A stretch of DNA of 64,000 bases from NCBI GenBank assembly GCA_963746475.1, contig CAVVBB010000001.1, positions 692,154-756,153 on the forward strand, written 5' to 3'. The stretch comes from an uncultured delta proteobacterium. GTDB lineage: Bacteria; Myxococcota_A; Polyangia; Polyangiales; Houyiibacteriaceae. The notes under the pieces are model-generated. The model searched no databases. It saw only the letters and a program-made list of their open reading frames with translations, and was not told the DNA's origin. The position numbers were made by a program, and so were the translations under genes. Below, in pieces: positions 38,530 through 47,878 of this stretch (positions are counted from its first letter, which is position 1; every line of letters starts with the position of its first letter).

Positions 38530-39024
38530 TTAGCTCTTTTCGAGCCCTAGTGAAAGCGGATCGGCCTTTACGGGCGGGTACAGCCTCCGACCACCGATCT
38601 CGAGGTACAGGCCATCGTCATCTTCGCCCACGAGCTCGGCGATCTTGCTCATGGCGTGGTTTTCGAAGCGCGCCGGACAGCGGCCCTCCCGCACGGCGCA
38701 CCAAAGGCCGCCTAGAGAGTCCTGGCACAGCGTGGCCGGGTCGAGCCGCTCTTCGCGGTCCCCGGACAGGCGCAGGCGCAGACCCTCTGCGTCCGCTACC
38801 GCGTCTTTGACGAAGTAGGCAGGCCCCGCGATCTCGACATAGGCCCAGTTGATGTCGTTGCTCAAACAGAAGCGCCCGTCCTCGGCTCGGTCCACCCAGC
38901 CGTCGAAAGAGCGGACCAGGTTCGGGTGATCGATGCGATCGTCACCCTCGTACCAGCGTCCGGCCGCGTCGCGACGGATCTTGGTCTCACGCGTGCGCCC
39001 TTGAATGAGCTGCCCAGGATCCAT
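38530..39024 (-). CDS. DUF1285-family protein
   Basis: KIRRDAAGRWYEGDDRIDHPNLVRSFDGWV resembles the DUF1285 N-terminal signature (from memory). Confidence 0.55.
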   Translation of the reverse strand: MDPGQLIQGRTRETKIRRDAAGRWYEGDDRIDHPNLVRSFDGWVDRAEDGRFCLSNDINWAYVEIAGPAYFVKDAVADAEGLRLRLSGDREERLDPATLCQDSLGGLWCAVREGRCPARFENHAMSKIAELVGEDDDGLYLEIGGRRLYPPVKADPLSLGLEKS

Positions 39025-39086
39025 GCTCGTGAGTCTTGGGTACCAGAAATTTCCTGCCAGGTCGATCCTGCTAGAGTGCCCCCAGC

Positions 39087-40481
39087 ATGAATCGAAAGAG
39101 CCGAAAGCTCGTCGTGGTCTCGAACCGAGGCCCTTATCGCCACGAAACGGTTCGGGGCCGTGAACGCTGGGTCCGTGCCGCCGGAGGTTTGGTCGCCGCC
39201 CTGGACCCGGTGCTGCAGAAGCGCGGCGGAGTCTGGGTCAGCGCAAAGCAGGCCGAAGACTTCGATACCGTCAATGTGCCCGAAGGGCTGAAGCTGAACT
39301 ATCAGCTCGCGTACATCACGCTCCGGCCCACAGAACAGCGGGGGTTCTATGAGGGCGTGTCGAACGCGGTCATCTGGCCGCTTCTGCACAGTTTTCCCCC
39401 GACGATTCGCGTGGGCGACGCGCCCTGGCTGCAGTACGTCAACGCCAACCGGAAGTTCGCCGACACCGTCCTGCGATCGAGCGGCAACTCGGATCTGATC
39501 TGGATCCAGGACTACCACCTGATGCTCGTGCCCGGATTGATCCGCGCAGGCCGAAGCAAAGCCCGAGTGGGCTGGTTCTGCCACATCCCTTGGCCCGCGC
39601 CCGACCTGTTCGGGATCATGCCCTGGCGTGAAGAGATTCTCGAAGGCCTGCTGGGTGCCAACCTACTCGGCTTTCACATCAAGGAGTATGCCGATCACTT
39701 CCTCGACTGTGTACGCCGCTTCACGCGTCACAGGGTTTCCCGGAACACTGTCATCGTCGACGGCCGAACGGTCCGCGTTTCGGTGTTTCCGATCGGAACC
39801 CCCGTTCGTGACCTGCAGCGCCTGGCCTCGGACCCGACGGTCGGCCGCGAAGAGGAACGCATTCGCGAAAGAATCGGAAATCGCAGGGTGATCCTGGGCG
39901 TCGACCGCCTCGACTACACCAAGGGCATCCCCGAGCGACTCTTCGCCTTCGAGCGACTCTTGCGGCGCGACCGCGCAGCCCGCAACCGCTACACGCTCGT
40001 ACAAGTCATGGTCCCGAGCCGGACCGATGTGAAGGCCTATGCCGACCTCAAAGAAGAGATCGACCGCATGGTCGGCGACATCAACGGGCGGTTTTCGGAA
40101 GCGGGCAACGTGCCCATTCACTACCTCTACCGAAACCTGGATCAGCGAGAGCTGTTCGCGCATTACCGAGTGGCCGACGTCGCCCTGATCACCCCTTTGC
40201 GCGACGGCATGAATCTGGTCGCGCACGAGTACGTTGCCGCGCGAACCCAGGACGACGGCGCGCTCGTGCTGAGCGAATTCGCGGGCGCCGCCAAGCATCT
40301 TCGCGGGGCAATCTTGGTCAATCCATACGACGTGGAGGGCGTGGCCAACTCGGTGCATTTCGCACTCAACATGAAACCGGCGGAAATGCGCCGACGCATG
40401 CGCTTGCTCCGCTCGGAGGTCATGAAGCTCGACGTGCACCTGTGGGCGGACCGATACATCGAAGCTCTGGAGGACGCATGA
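39087..40481 (+). CDS. otsA: alpha,alpha-trehalose-phosphate synthase (GT20)
   Basis: LVVVSNRGPY, WIQDYHLMLVP, LGVDRLDYTKGI and PLRDGMNLVAHEYV are present. Confidence 0.9.
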   Translation: MNRKSRKLVVVSNRGPYRHETVRGRERWVRAAGGLVAALDPVLQKRGGVWVSAKQAEDFDTVNVPEGLKLNYQLAYITLRPTEQRGFYEGVSNAVIWPLLHSFPPTIRVGDAPWLQYVNANRKFADTVLRSSGNSDLIWIQDYHLMLVPGLIRAGRSKARVGWFCHIPWPAPDLFGIMPWREEILEGLLGANLLGFHIKEYADHFLDCVRRFTRHRVSRNTVIVDGRTVRVSVFPIGTPVRDLQRLASDPTVGREEERIRERIGNRRVILGVDRLDYTKGIPERLFAFERLLRRDRAARNRYTLVQVMVPSRTDVKAYADLKEEIDRMVGDINGRFSEAGNVPIHYLYRNLDQRELFAHYRVADVALITPLRDGMNLVAHEYVAARTQDDGALVLSEFAGAAKHLRGAILVNPYDVEGVANSVHFALNMKPAEMRRRMRLLRSEVMKLDVHLWADRYIEALEDA

Positions 40482-41251
40482 GTGCGAAGAGCGCTCTGAT
40501 CGACCGTCTACTCGCTCTTCCGCGGCCCTTGCTCCTGGCTTTGGACGTGGACGGCACCCTCGCCCCGATCGCGCTGCGACCCGATGAAGCGAGGATTCCC
40601 GACGCCACGATCGCGCTTCTGCAAGAGCTTGCAAGCCTGGTCGGCCTGGAGGTCGCGCTCATCACCGGGCGGGACTTGGCCTCTCTTGAACGCATGGAGC
40701 GTATCGAGGGCATCTGGCGCGGCGTGGAACATGGCGGGCTCGTGCTGGCTCCCGGCCAAAAACCGACGAAGCGCGCGATGGACGAGGAGAAGCTGCATGC
40801 GCTCGAGGCCTTCGCCACCTGGGTGCGCGACGAAGCGCCGGACGCGGTCCTCGAGCTCAAACCACAGGCCGTCGGGGTTCACGTCCGTCCGCTGCTGCAA
40901 ACGGACCCCGATCGCGCGGCGGCAATTCTCCGAGAAGCCGACGCCCTGGGCGAGCGCCTCGGCCTACACATTCGCCGTGGGCGCGCGCTTCGCGAGGCCG
41001 AGGTTTTCGAGCACGACAAGGGCACCGCTCTACGCGAGATCTTCGAGCGGACCGAGGTGCGGTCGGTGTTCTTCGCCGGAGACGACATCACCGATACGCC
41101 GGCGATCGAGTTCGCCGCGAAGCATGGAGTGGGCGCCTTCGTACGCTCCCCGGAGCGCCCGCGCTCGCCGGTCGATGCGGCGGTTGTGCTCGAGGGCGTC
41201 GGCCAAGTGCGCTGTACCTTGTCCGAGCTGCTGCGCCGGTTCGAGGACTGA
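40478..41251 (+). CDS. otsB: trehalose-phosphatase (HAD family)
   Basis: The ATG overlaps the otsA stop (ATGA). The HAD motif I is LLLALDVDGTLAP, and GDDITD lies near the C-terminus. Confidence 0.85.
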   Translation: MSAKSALIDRLLALPRPLLLALDVDGTLAPIALRPDEARIPDATIALLQELASLVGLEVALITGRDLASLERMERIEGIWRGVEHGGLVLAPGQKPTKRAMDEEKLHALEAFATWVRDEAPDAVLELKPQAVGVHVRPLLQTDPDRAAAILREADALGERLGLHIRRGRALREAEVFEHDKGTALREIFERTEVRSVFFAGDDITDTPAIEFAAKHGVGAFVRSPERPRSPVDAAVVLEGVGQVRCTLSELLRRFED

Positions 41252-41290
41252 GGGTTGGGCGTCTTCGAGGAGCCATGGTAGATCCCCCCC

Positions 41291-42115
41291 ATGCTCGAGG
41301 CGGAACGCGCGCGAGCCTGCGACATCGCGCGACAGGCGGGCACTTTGCTGATGCAAATCTACGACACGGATTTCAGCGTCAGATACAAGAGCAAGACGGA
41401 CCCGGTCACCGAGGCTGATACACGCGCGAACGCCTACATCGTCGCCGCCCTGGCAGAGGCTTTCCCCGCCGACGGCATCGTCGCCGAAGAAAACGCTGAT
41501 CACGGCGACGCTCTGAAGCCGGGTCGCTGCTGGTACGTCGACCCGGTCGACGGAACCAAGGAGTTCATCAAGAAGAACGGCGAGTTCGCGGTGATGCTGG
41601 GCCTGGCCATCGATGCTGAGGCGAAGCTCGGGGTCGTTTTTCAGCCAACGCAGGACAAGCTTTACGCCGGCGTCGTCGGTCAGGGCGCGTACCTCGAACA
41701 ACATGGGCAGCGGCGCTCGCTGACGGTGAGTGAGATCGACGAGCCGAGCGAGCTCGGGCTCGTCGTGTCGCGCTCGCACCGGGGCCGAAACATCGACGAG
41801 CTCATCGAGCGGCTTCACATCACCAAGAAAGCCCGGAGCGGCTCGGTCGGTCTCAAGGTCGGCCTCATCGCTGAGCAGCGCGCGGACCTCTACGTGCACA
41901 TCTCGGACAAATCGAGCGCCTGGGACGCCTGCGCCCCGGAGGCTGTCCTCAAAGCAGCAGGTGGACGCTTTACCGACCTGGCCGGCGAGCCTTACCGCTA
42001 CGGCGGGACCGACATGCGGAACCGGAGCGGCATCTTGGCCTGCAATGCCGCGGCCTACGATGCGGTCCTACCCATCGCCAAGGCCCTCGGTCGCGAAGCT
42101 GGATTGATCGATTGA
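41291..42115 (+). CDS. cysQ: 3'(2'),5'-bisphosphate nucleotidase CysQ / inositol monophosphatase family
   Basis: WYVDPVDGTKEF, GSVGLKVGLIAEQRADLYVH and AWDACAPEAVLKAAGG are present. Confidence 0.78.
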   Translation: MLEAERARACDIARQAGTLLMQIYDTDFSVRYKSKTDPVTEADTRANAYIVAALAEAFPADGIVAEENADHGDALKPGRCWYVDPVDGTKEFIKKNGEFAVMLGLAIDAEAKLGVVFQPTQDKLYAGVVGQGAYLEQHGQRRSLTVSEIDEPSELGLVVSRSHRGRNIDELIERLHITKKARSGSVGLKVGLIAEQRADLYVHISDKSSAWDACAPEAVLKAAGGRFTDLAGEPYRYGGTDMRNRSGILACNAAAYDAVLPIAKALGREAGLID

Positions 42116-42117
42116 CC

Positions 42118-42711
42118 ATGCCGAACTGGAAGCAAGCCTGGGAGGAGCGCCGAACGCCCTGGGACGCGGGCGAGCCGAGCCCGACCCTGGTTCGCCTTCT
42201 ACGAGAAGACCGGGTCCCGGCGGGCGCAATCCTGGTCCCGGGCTGCGGCACCGGCTACGACCTCGCCGCCCTCGCAAGCGAAGATCGGCGCGTCGTCGGC
42301 CTGGACCTCTCACCGATCGCGCGCGAAACGTTCCTCAGCCAGTATCCGGAGCTTCCGGGCAGCGTTCGATACGAGGTCGGCGACTTCTTCCACTACGCAG
42401 AAGACGGGGCGTTCGACTTCATCTGGGACTACACCTTTTTCTGCGCGCTCGATCCGGCACAGCGCGGTGCCTGGGGTAAGACCATGGAGCGCCTACTCAA
42501 GCCCGAAGGGATCCTCGCTACCCTGCTCTTTCCGTACGCCAAGCCGATTCCCGACGCGCAAGGCCCGCCCTGGCCCATCAATGAGCTGCTCGTCGCCGAG
42601 GCACTCGGCGAGGCCTTCGAGCGCACCGAGCTCGTTGAAGCGGAGGCCAGTCACCGGGGCCGCGAAAACCGAGAATACCTGGCCACCTGGAGAAAAGGGG
42701 CGCGCTCATAG
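42118..42711 (+). CDS. TPMT-family SAM-dependent methyltransferase (thiol/halide methyltransferase-like)
   Basis: WEERRTPWDAGEPSP...AILVPGCGTGYDLAALA is present. The ATG lies 2 nt after the cysQ stop. The track start at 42112 is a TTG. Confidence 0.68.
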   Translation: MPNWKQAWEERRTPWDAGEPSPTLVRLLREDRVPAGAILVPGCGTGYDLAALASEDRRVVGLDLSPIARETFLSQYPELPGSVRYEVGDFFHYAEDGAFDFIWDYTFFCALDPAQRGAWGKTMERLLKPEGILATLLFPYAKPIPDAQGPPWPINELLVAEALGEAFERTELVEAEASHRGRENREYLATWRKGARS

Positions 42712-42755
42712 AGCGGGGGCCACGGGCCCGTGTGACCGCAATCGCGACGCCCGCT

Positions 42756-43337
42756 TCAAGGTGAGGGCAACGCGGAGGGTTTCCAGTTGATCTCGGAGAA
42801 GCCGAGGCTGTACTTCGCTGTGGCGCCTTTGCGTGTCACACCGACCCAGAGCTCCGTCGTGCCAAGGGGCAGGTCCGCTTGCACGCTCGGGCTGTTCGTT
42901 CCCTTACGGTCACGGCTGCAGACGACCTTGCCGTCCGGATCGCGGGCAACCAGGGCGATGTCGTCTTGGGAACGCGCGAGGATGTACAACCGAAAGAAAG
43001 CCGTTTCCGACTCGAGGAGATAGTCCGGCTGTTCGGAGATCCAGGCCTTGCACTTCTTGTGAAGCGCTGATGCCAAGACCTCGCCCTTGGTCGTTCCATG
43101 GACCACGTGCGGGTCTGGGCTGAAGCCCGCATGGAGCGTCACGGTGCCGAAGCGGCGCTTGGACTTGGCTGCCACTGGCGAGTCCGCGGCGGTCTCGACT
43201 GGATGCGGGAGAGGCGCGGAGGCCTCGACCGGACCGAGCGCGGGCGGAAGCCCGGGCGCCGCGGCTTCCGGTTCGGAACAGGCCAGCAGGAACCCCAGCA
43301 CACAGAGGCCCAAACAAGAGGAGAGTCGACGTTTCAC
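42756..43337 (-). CDS. hypothetical lipoprotein
   Basis: GTG start. The signal is MKRRLSSCLGLCVLGFLLAC (lipobox LLAC). I recognise no family. Confidence 0.5.
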   Translation of the reverse strand: MKRRLSSCLGLCVLGFLLACSEPEAAAPGLPPALGPVEASAPLPHPVETAADSPVAAKSKRRFGTVTLHAGFSPDPHVVHGTTKGEVLASALHKKCKAWISEQPDYLLESETAFFRLYILARSQDDIALVARDPDGKVVCSRDRKGTNSPSVQADLPLGTTELWVGVTRKGATAKYSLGFSEINWKPSALPSP

Positions 43338-43403
43338 GCTTCACGGACCATTGCGCGAAACCCGGCGGAACGAAAGCTGCGCGCTGAGGCCGGCAAACGG
43401 CAG

Positions 43404-44174
43404 CTAGGGCGAAACCGGGTCCATGTCTGGGATCTCGCCGCTCGCATCTGCCGTGAGCACGTAGACGGCCGGCCTGAGGTCCTTGCCTGTCTCCCGATCG
43501 ACCACAATCCAAAGGTTGGCGACCCCGGGCGCCACCGTGGCCGACAGCGGGGGCAAGACGGGGATGCAGTCGCCGTTAGGCGACGAAATCGCCAAAGGAA
43601 AGCTCACCGCTTGCGGATCCGGAACCAGCTTCCGCTGCTCCCCGAACGCAAAGCCGGACACCAAAGCCGGGGGGCAGCCGCCTTCGGCGGCGATGATGAG
43701 GTCCACGGCGGACAGGACGGGGTCGTCCGCCCCGTGCGCCATGATCACCCGCCCTTGGCCAGGCTCGAGACCATCGAGGCGTCCATCGAGCATGAACAGA
43801 TCGAGCGGCGGGTCGGCGGCGGAAACGCGGTAGGCCACGAGGGTCAGCAGGTCGCCGTCCTCTAGCTCGACGGGAGCTCTGAAGATGGGCTCGCTCTGCC
43901 CGGCGACCGCGATCCCGAGCTCGTGCTCACCGGCCTCGAGGGGGACGAACTCCGCCGCCTGCCCGAACCGCAGTTCGTCGACAACGAGCTCGCCGTCGAC
44001 GAGCAGGTCGACCGCCGTGTCGTCGGCACTCGGAACGTCAGGAGCCAAGTGTGCGAAGCGAAGCTGAGGTGGCATGGCATTTCCGCCCGCGCCTCCAGCG
44101 CCGCCATTGGCGTCTCCGCACGCAGCGCAGCCGAGGGCGAACATGGTGGCGACGACTGTTCGACGAGACCTCAT
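43404..44174 (-). CDS. DUF4397-like lipoprotein
   Basis: ATG at 44174. The signal is MRSRRTVVATMFALGCAAC. LRFAHLAPDVPSADDTAVDLLVDGELVVDELRFGQAAEFVPLEAGEH resembles DUF4397 repeats. Confidence 0.55.
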   Translation of the reverse strand: MRSRRTVVATMFALGCAACGDANGGAGGAGGNAMPPQLRFAHLAPDVPSADDTAVDLLVDGELVVDELRFGQAAEFVPLEAGEHELGIAVAGQSEPIFRAPVELEDGDLLTLVAYRVSAADPPLDLFMLDGRLDGLEPGQGRVIMAHGADDPVLSAVDLIIAAEGGCPPALVSGFAFGEQRKLVPDPQAVSFPLAISSPNGDCIPVLPPLSATVAPGVANLWIVVDRETGKDLRPAVYVLTADASGEIPDMDPVSP

Positions 44175-44290
44175 GAGCCAGTATGGGAGCACAATTGCCA
44201 ACGCCGGGCCCAGATTGCTGCAAGGGGGACGCAGCCTGGAAGCCCGGCGGGGGCAAGTGGCCTCGGGGGCCAGGGTGGGTCCGCGCTAGC

Positions 44291-44971
44291 TCACACGCCC
44301 GGCGCCGAGGCCTCGGGCTGCATGCCCGCACCGTTGTTTCCGTTGCTCGGTGGGGGTGGTGGCGAGCTTTCGCGCGCTGCACCCTTGATGACTTTCTGCG
44401 CCAAGGTCGCCAGGCTTCGCGCGCCACTCTTTTTCAGGAGCGAGCGGATTTGGGCTTTGACGGTGTTCTCGGCCACGCCGAGAGCCTCGGCAAGTTGTTT
44501 CCTCGATAACCCATCTACAGAGAGGGTGAGGAGCTCGGTCTCCCGGCGCGTGAGCCGAAGCTGCCTCGCCAGATGCTCGATACGCTGACCAATCGCAGCG
44601 TCATCGACGCTCTCTTGGGCCAGCGCGCGCTGGATGAAGGGATTCAAGTTCTCCACCGAGGCAGGCTTACACACGTACTCGCCGCGCAAAGTCTGCACCT
44701 TGTTGACAACATCCCGGTTAAGCTCTCCCGTCAGAACCAAGACGGGGAGCGCTCCTTGCTCTTGACGGATGTCGGCGAGGAGGTCCAAGCCATATCCGTC
44801 CGGCAAGATCAGATCAAGAACGACGCCAGTCCAGTCTCGACCTCCGTCCAACATCTCCCGAGCGGCAGCCATGCTGTGCACGACCTCCACCGAGCGGTGA
44901 CGTCCGAAAGTACGAGCCAGGGTTCGTGCCAGCGTCGGCTCGTCCTCAACTATCAAAAATCCTCCCGACAT
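44291..44971 (-). CDS. two-component response regulator, NarL/FixJ (LuxR HTH) family
   Basis: The receiver has FLIVEDEP and VVLDLILPDG. The C-terminal HTH is LTRRETELLTLSVDGLSRKQLAEALGVAENTVKAQIRSLLKK. Confidence 0.9.
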   Translation of the reverse strand: MSGGFLIVEDEPTLARTLARTFGRHRSVEVVHSMAAAREMLDGGRDWTGVVLDLILPDGYGLDLLADIRQEQGALPVLVLTGELNRDVVNKVQTLRGEYVCKPASVENLNPFIQRALAQESVDDAAIGQRIEHLARQLRLTRRETELLTLSVDGLSRKQLAEALGVAENTVKAQIRSLLKKSGARSLATLAQKVIKGAARESSPPPPPSNGNNGAGMQPEASAPGV

Positions 44972-45185
44972 AGGAGTAAACTAACCTACATGCCCCCCCG
45001 GGTGGTACAGATAACCGCAGCATGTGTGATCTTTTTAACCCTGCTTTGACTTATTCTTTTGGGCGAACGACATGTCTGGCACAAAGAGGGACGGTTAGAT
45101 GATCATTCTGACCTCTGCCGCCCTAGTTTTCCGACGACCCTTCACTTGACGTAGGGTTCGCATCGGCCTTGAATGGTGGAACGCA

Positions 45186-46880
45186 ATGTTCGTGTTGGTC
45201 ACTGAAGAGGGGGGCGCGCAGCAGCGACTGGAGTTTTCCAAGCCGGAAATTACAGTTGGGCGCGTCCAAGGCAATGACATCATCCTGTCCAAGCGGAATG
45301 TTTCGAAGAAGCATGCACAGATCACACTCGACCCAGAGCAGCCGGTCGTGGTCGATTTGGGCAGCACGAACGGAACCTGGGTAAACGGTCACCGCATCAG
45401 CGCACCCGTAGCCCTCAAGGCGGGCGACAAGATCTACATCGCTGACTTCATTCTGACGCTCGACAGCGGGGCACAGCGCCGGGTCCAAGGCCACCGCGAG
45501 CCCTCCCTGGCCCCGCCGCCCGTGCCTTCGAGCCCCTCCATGGCCGCGCGCCCACCGGCCGATCCCGCGGCCGCCCCGTCCACGGATCGCCCAAGCCCCC
45601 GATCCCTCGAAGCGGAGGCGAACGGCGACGCAGAGCACCAGACCGATGTGCCTCCGAGCAAGCCGGAATCGGAGATCGATACTCCGTTCTCTGATTCCCA
45701 ACTGAAGACCGAGGTGCCGGACCCTAGACTCAGCCAGGCCGCCAAAGCCGCCGTGTCGGCGAAGAAAGCGTCACGGCGCAAGCTTCCGCCCTTCGAGGAG
45801 CTCATGGCGAGACTGGCCGAGAGCTTCGACCTCGGCGACACCGACGCCGCTTCCATGCGCGACGAGAACCGTTGGTCCGATGCTCGCAAGGCCATCGCTG
45901 AGACGCTGGAGTCGATGAAGGCTGACGGCACGCTAGAGGCGGAGGCGGACACAGGCTCTTTGGCAGAGCTGGCGCTGCACGAGTCCGTCGGACTCGGGGT
46001 GCTCGACGACCTGCTCTGCGCCGAAGACGTTCGAGAGATCGTCGTCAGAGGAACCGACGCGATTCTGGTCGACCGCGGCGAGGGCCTGGCGTCGAGCAGT
46101 CTTCGTTTCTCCTCGCAGGGCGCGCTCCGAACCGTCGCTGCCCGACTCGCGGCGCAGACTGGCGGCTCCCTGGACGAGCAGCTGTCGTTCACCGGTCACC
46201 TGTCGTTCGGTCCACTGGTCATGATCATGCAGCAACCACTGGCTCTGCGTGGTCCGCTGATCGAGATTCGAACGACGCGAACCGTCACGCTTGCCGGACT
46301 GGTTGAGCAAGACTGGCTTACGCCCGCCATGGCCGACTATCTCAGCAAAGCCGTGGCGGAACGGCGAAACATCATCGTCACCGGCGCGCAAGGTGCGGGG
46401 GTCACGACGCTCGTTTCGGCACTGACCAACCAACTGAGCCCATCGGAGGGCACGGTGGTCGTCGAGGCGCTTCCCGATTTACAGATCGATCGGCGCGGCC
46501 TGCTCTCACTCACGAGCCTTGGCTCGGGGATGGCACTGTCGGAGCTCATCGAGCGCGCGAACCGAATGCGCGCCGAGCACCTGGTGCTCGACGACGTCTC
46601 CGGGCGAGACGCTTGGAGCGCCTTGACGAGCTTGGCAGAGCGCGAGCCGGGACACATCGTAGGGCTTCACGCCTCGCGCAGGCAGGACGCCGTGAGCGCC
46701 GTCGTGCTCGCCGCCCAGTGCAGCGGTGCCCATGGCCCTTCCGTGGCGAAGCTGGTGGCGAGCGCCGTCAACCTCGTCGTCGCGGTGGACCGCACCCCTG
46801 GATCGCCGCGCGTGAATACCGTCTTCGAGATCACGGGCGCCAACGACGACGGGCTTCAATACGCGCCGGTACGGCTCTGA
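45186..46880 (+). CDS. FHA domain protein fused to a CpaF/TadA-like (T2SSE family) ATPase domain with degenerate catalytic motifs
   Basis: The FHA domain is ITVGRVQGNDIILSKRNVSKKHAQI...LGSTNGTWVNG. A Pro/Ala-rich linker follows. The ATPase core is IIVTGAQGAGVTTLVSAL where CpaF has GGTGSGKTT, and HLVLDDVSGRDA where CpaF has IIVGEVRGAEA. Confidence 0.85.
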   Translation: MFVLVTEEGGAQQRLEFSKPEITVGRVQGNDIILSKRNVSKKHAQITLDPEQPVVVDLGSTNGTWVNGHRISAPVALKAGDKIYIADFILTLDSGAQRRVQGHREPSLAPPPVPSSPSMAARPPADPAAAPSTDRPSPRSLEAEANGDAEHQTDVPPSKPESEIDTPFSDSQLKTEVPDPRLSQAAKAAVSAKKASRRKLPPFEELMARLAESFDLGDTDAASMRDENRWSDARKAIAETLESMKADGTLEAEADTGSLAELALHESVGLGVLDDLLCAEDVREIVVRGTDAILVDRGEGLASSSLRFSSQGALRTVAARLAAQTGGSLDEQLSFTGHLSFGPLVMIMQQPLALRGPLIEIRTTRTVTLAGLVEQDWLTPAMADYLSKAVAERRNIIVTGAQGAGVTTLVSALTNQLSPSEGTVVVEALPDLQIDRRGLLSLTSLGSGMALSELIERANRMRAEHLVLDDVSGRDAWSALTSLAEREPGHIVGLHASRRQDAVSAVVLAAQCSGAHGPSVAKLVASAVNLVVAVDRTPGSPRVNTVFEITGANDDGLQYAPVRL

Positions 46881-46903
46881 TTAGAGAGCCCGACCGACGG
46901 AGC

Positions 46904-47731
46904 TCATACGCGGTTGAATGAGGCGAGCTGCGCGGGCCGGTCGCTGAGCATCGGTGGTGGGTACGCTGGTCGCGCGAAGTAGTAGCCCTGGCCGTAGTGT
47001 GCGCCCAGATCGACCAGCGCACGCGCTTCTTCTTCCTGCTCGATTCCCTCGGCCACGACCCGTGCACCTAGATCCTGACAGAGACGGACCATGTGCCGCA
47101 CGAGGACTTGAAGACGCCGGTCCTTGGCTACATCGGCCACCAGTGTTCGATCGAGCTTCACGATCTCCGGCCGCAGGTCGACGATGTACTTGAGGTTCGA
47201 ATAGCCCGCTCCGAGATCGTCGACCGCGAGCGAAACACCCTTTCCCCGAATCTCACGAAGAACGCTGTGACAAAACGCAAAGTGGGTGAGCGGTACCGAC
47301 TCGGTCACCTCTAGATAGATGGGCTGGTCGTGCTGGAAGATCGGATCGTCGGGCTGGACGAGCCAGGACTCGTCGAACTCGTTGGGGTGCACATTGAGAA
47401 AGAGCGGCGCGTCGGCGCAACCGACGACGGCGAGCTCACGAATGACCCGACCCAGTGCCCCGACGAATCGGGTGCGGACGGCCTCGTCGAACAGCTTGGG
47501 AGGACCGGCCCAGTGCGGTGAATCACTCCTGACCAGGGCTTCGTAGGCGAAAGGCCGCATGGTGCGGAGCGAGACGATGGGCTGAAAGACCACCTTCAGG
47601 TCGCCGAACCGAAGGACGTCGGGCAGGCTGTCCAAAGCACCGCAGCTGGGCAGCCCCGACCGGCGGTGCTGGGTCCTCTCCAACCAATCGTGGAAGTTCG
47701 TCACCCGGCCATCTCCCCCAAAGTCCGTCAT
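46904..47731 (-). CDS. stand-alone EAL-domain c-di-GMP phosphodiesterase
   Basis: FQPIVSL...YEALVR, YLEVTES, DDLGAGYSNL, VAEGIE and QGYYFARP indicate an intact set of catalytic motifs. Confidence 0.85.
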   Translation of the reverse strand: MTDFGGDGRVTNFHDWLERTQHRRSGLPSCGALDSLPDVLRFGDLKVVFQPIVSLRTMRPFAYEALVRSDSPHWAGPPKLFDEAVRTRFVGALGRVIRELAVVGCADAPLFLNVHPNEFDESWLVQPDDPIFQHDQPIYLEVTESVPLTHFAFCHSVLREIRGKGVSLAVDDLGAGYSNLKYIVDLRPEIVKLDRTLVADVAKDRRLQVLVRHMVRLCQDLGARVVAEGIEQEEEARALVDLGAHYGQGYYFARPAYPPPMLSDRPAQLASFNRV

Positions 47732-47878
47732 GGACGTATATTTACGATAACAAGGCTATTGGGCTCTGTCGCTGAGATTAGTGAAATTCTTGTATTATCA
47801 AGGATTCAGAGGCCTTCGGGGGGCTTGCGGGGACCCGTCGCTAGCGCGGGAGCGTCCCCTCTGGTATTTCGGCCAGCC

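Noticed and set aside
45077-45092. Sigma-54-like TGGCAC (45077-45082) in the spacer between the response regulator and the FHA-ATPase gene.
   Set aside because: The expected -12 element (TTGCW) five bases downstream is absent, and the sequence there is GGGAC. No enhancer-binding protein gene is nearby.
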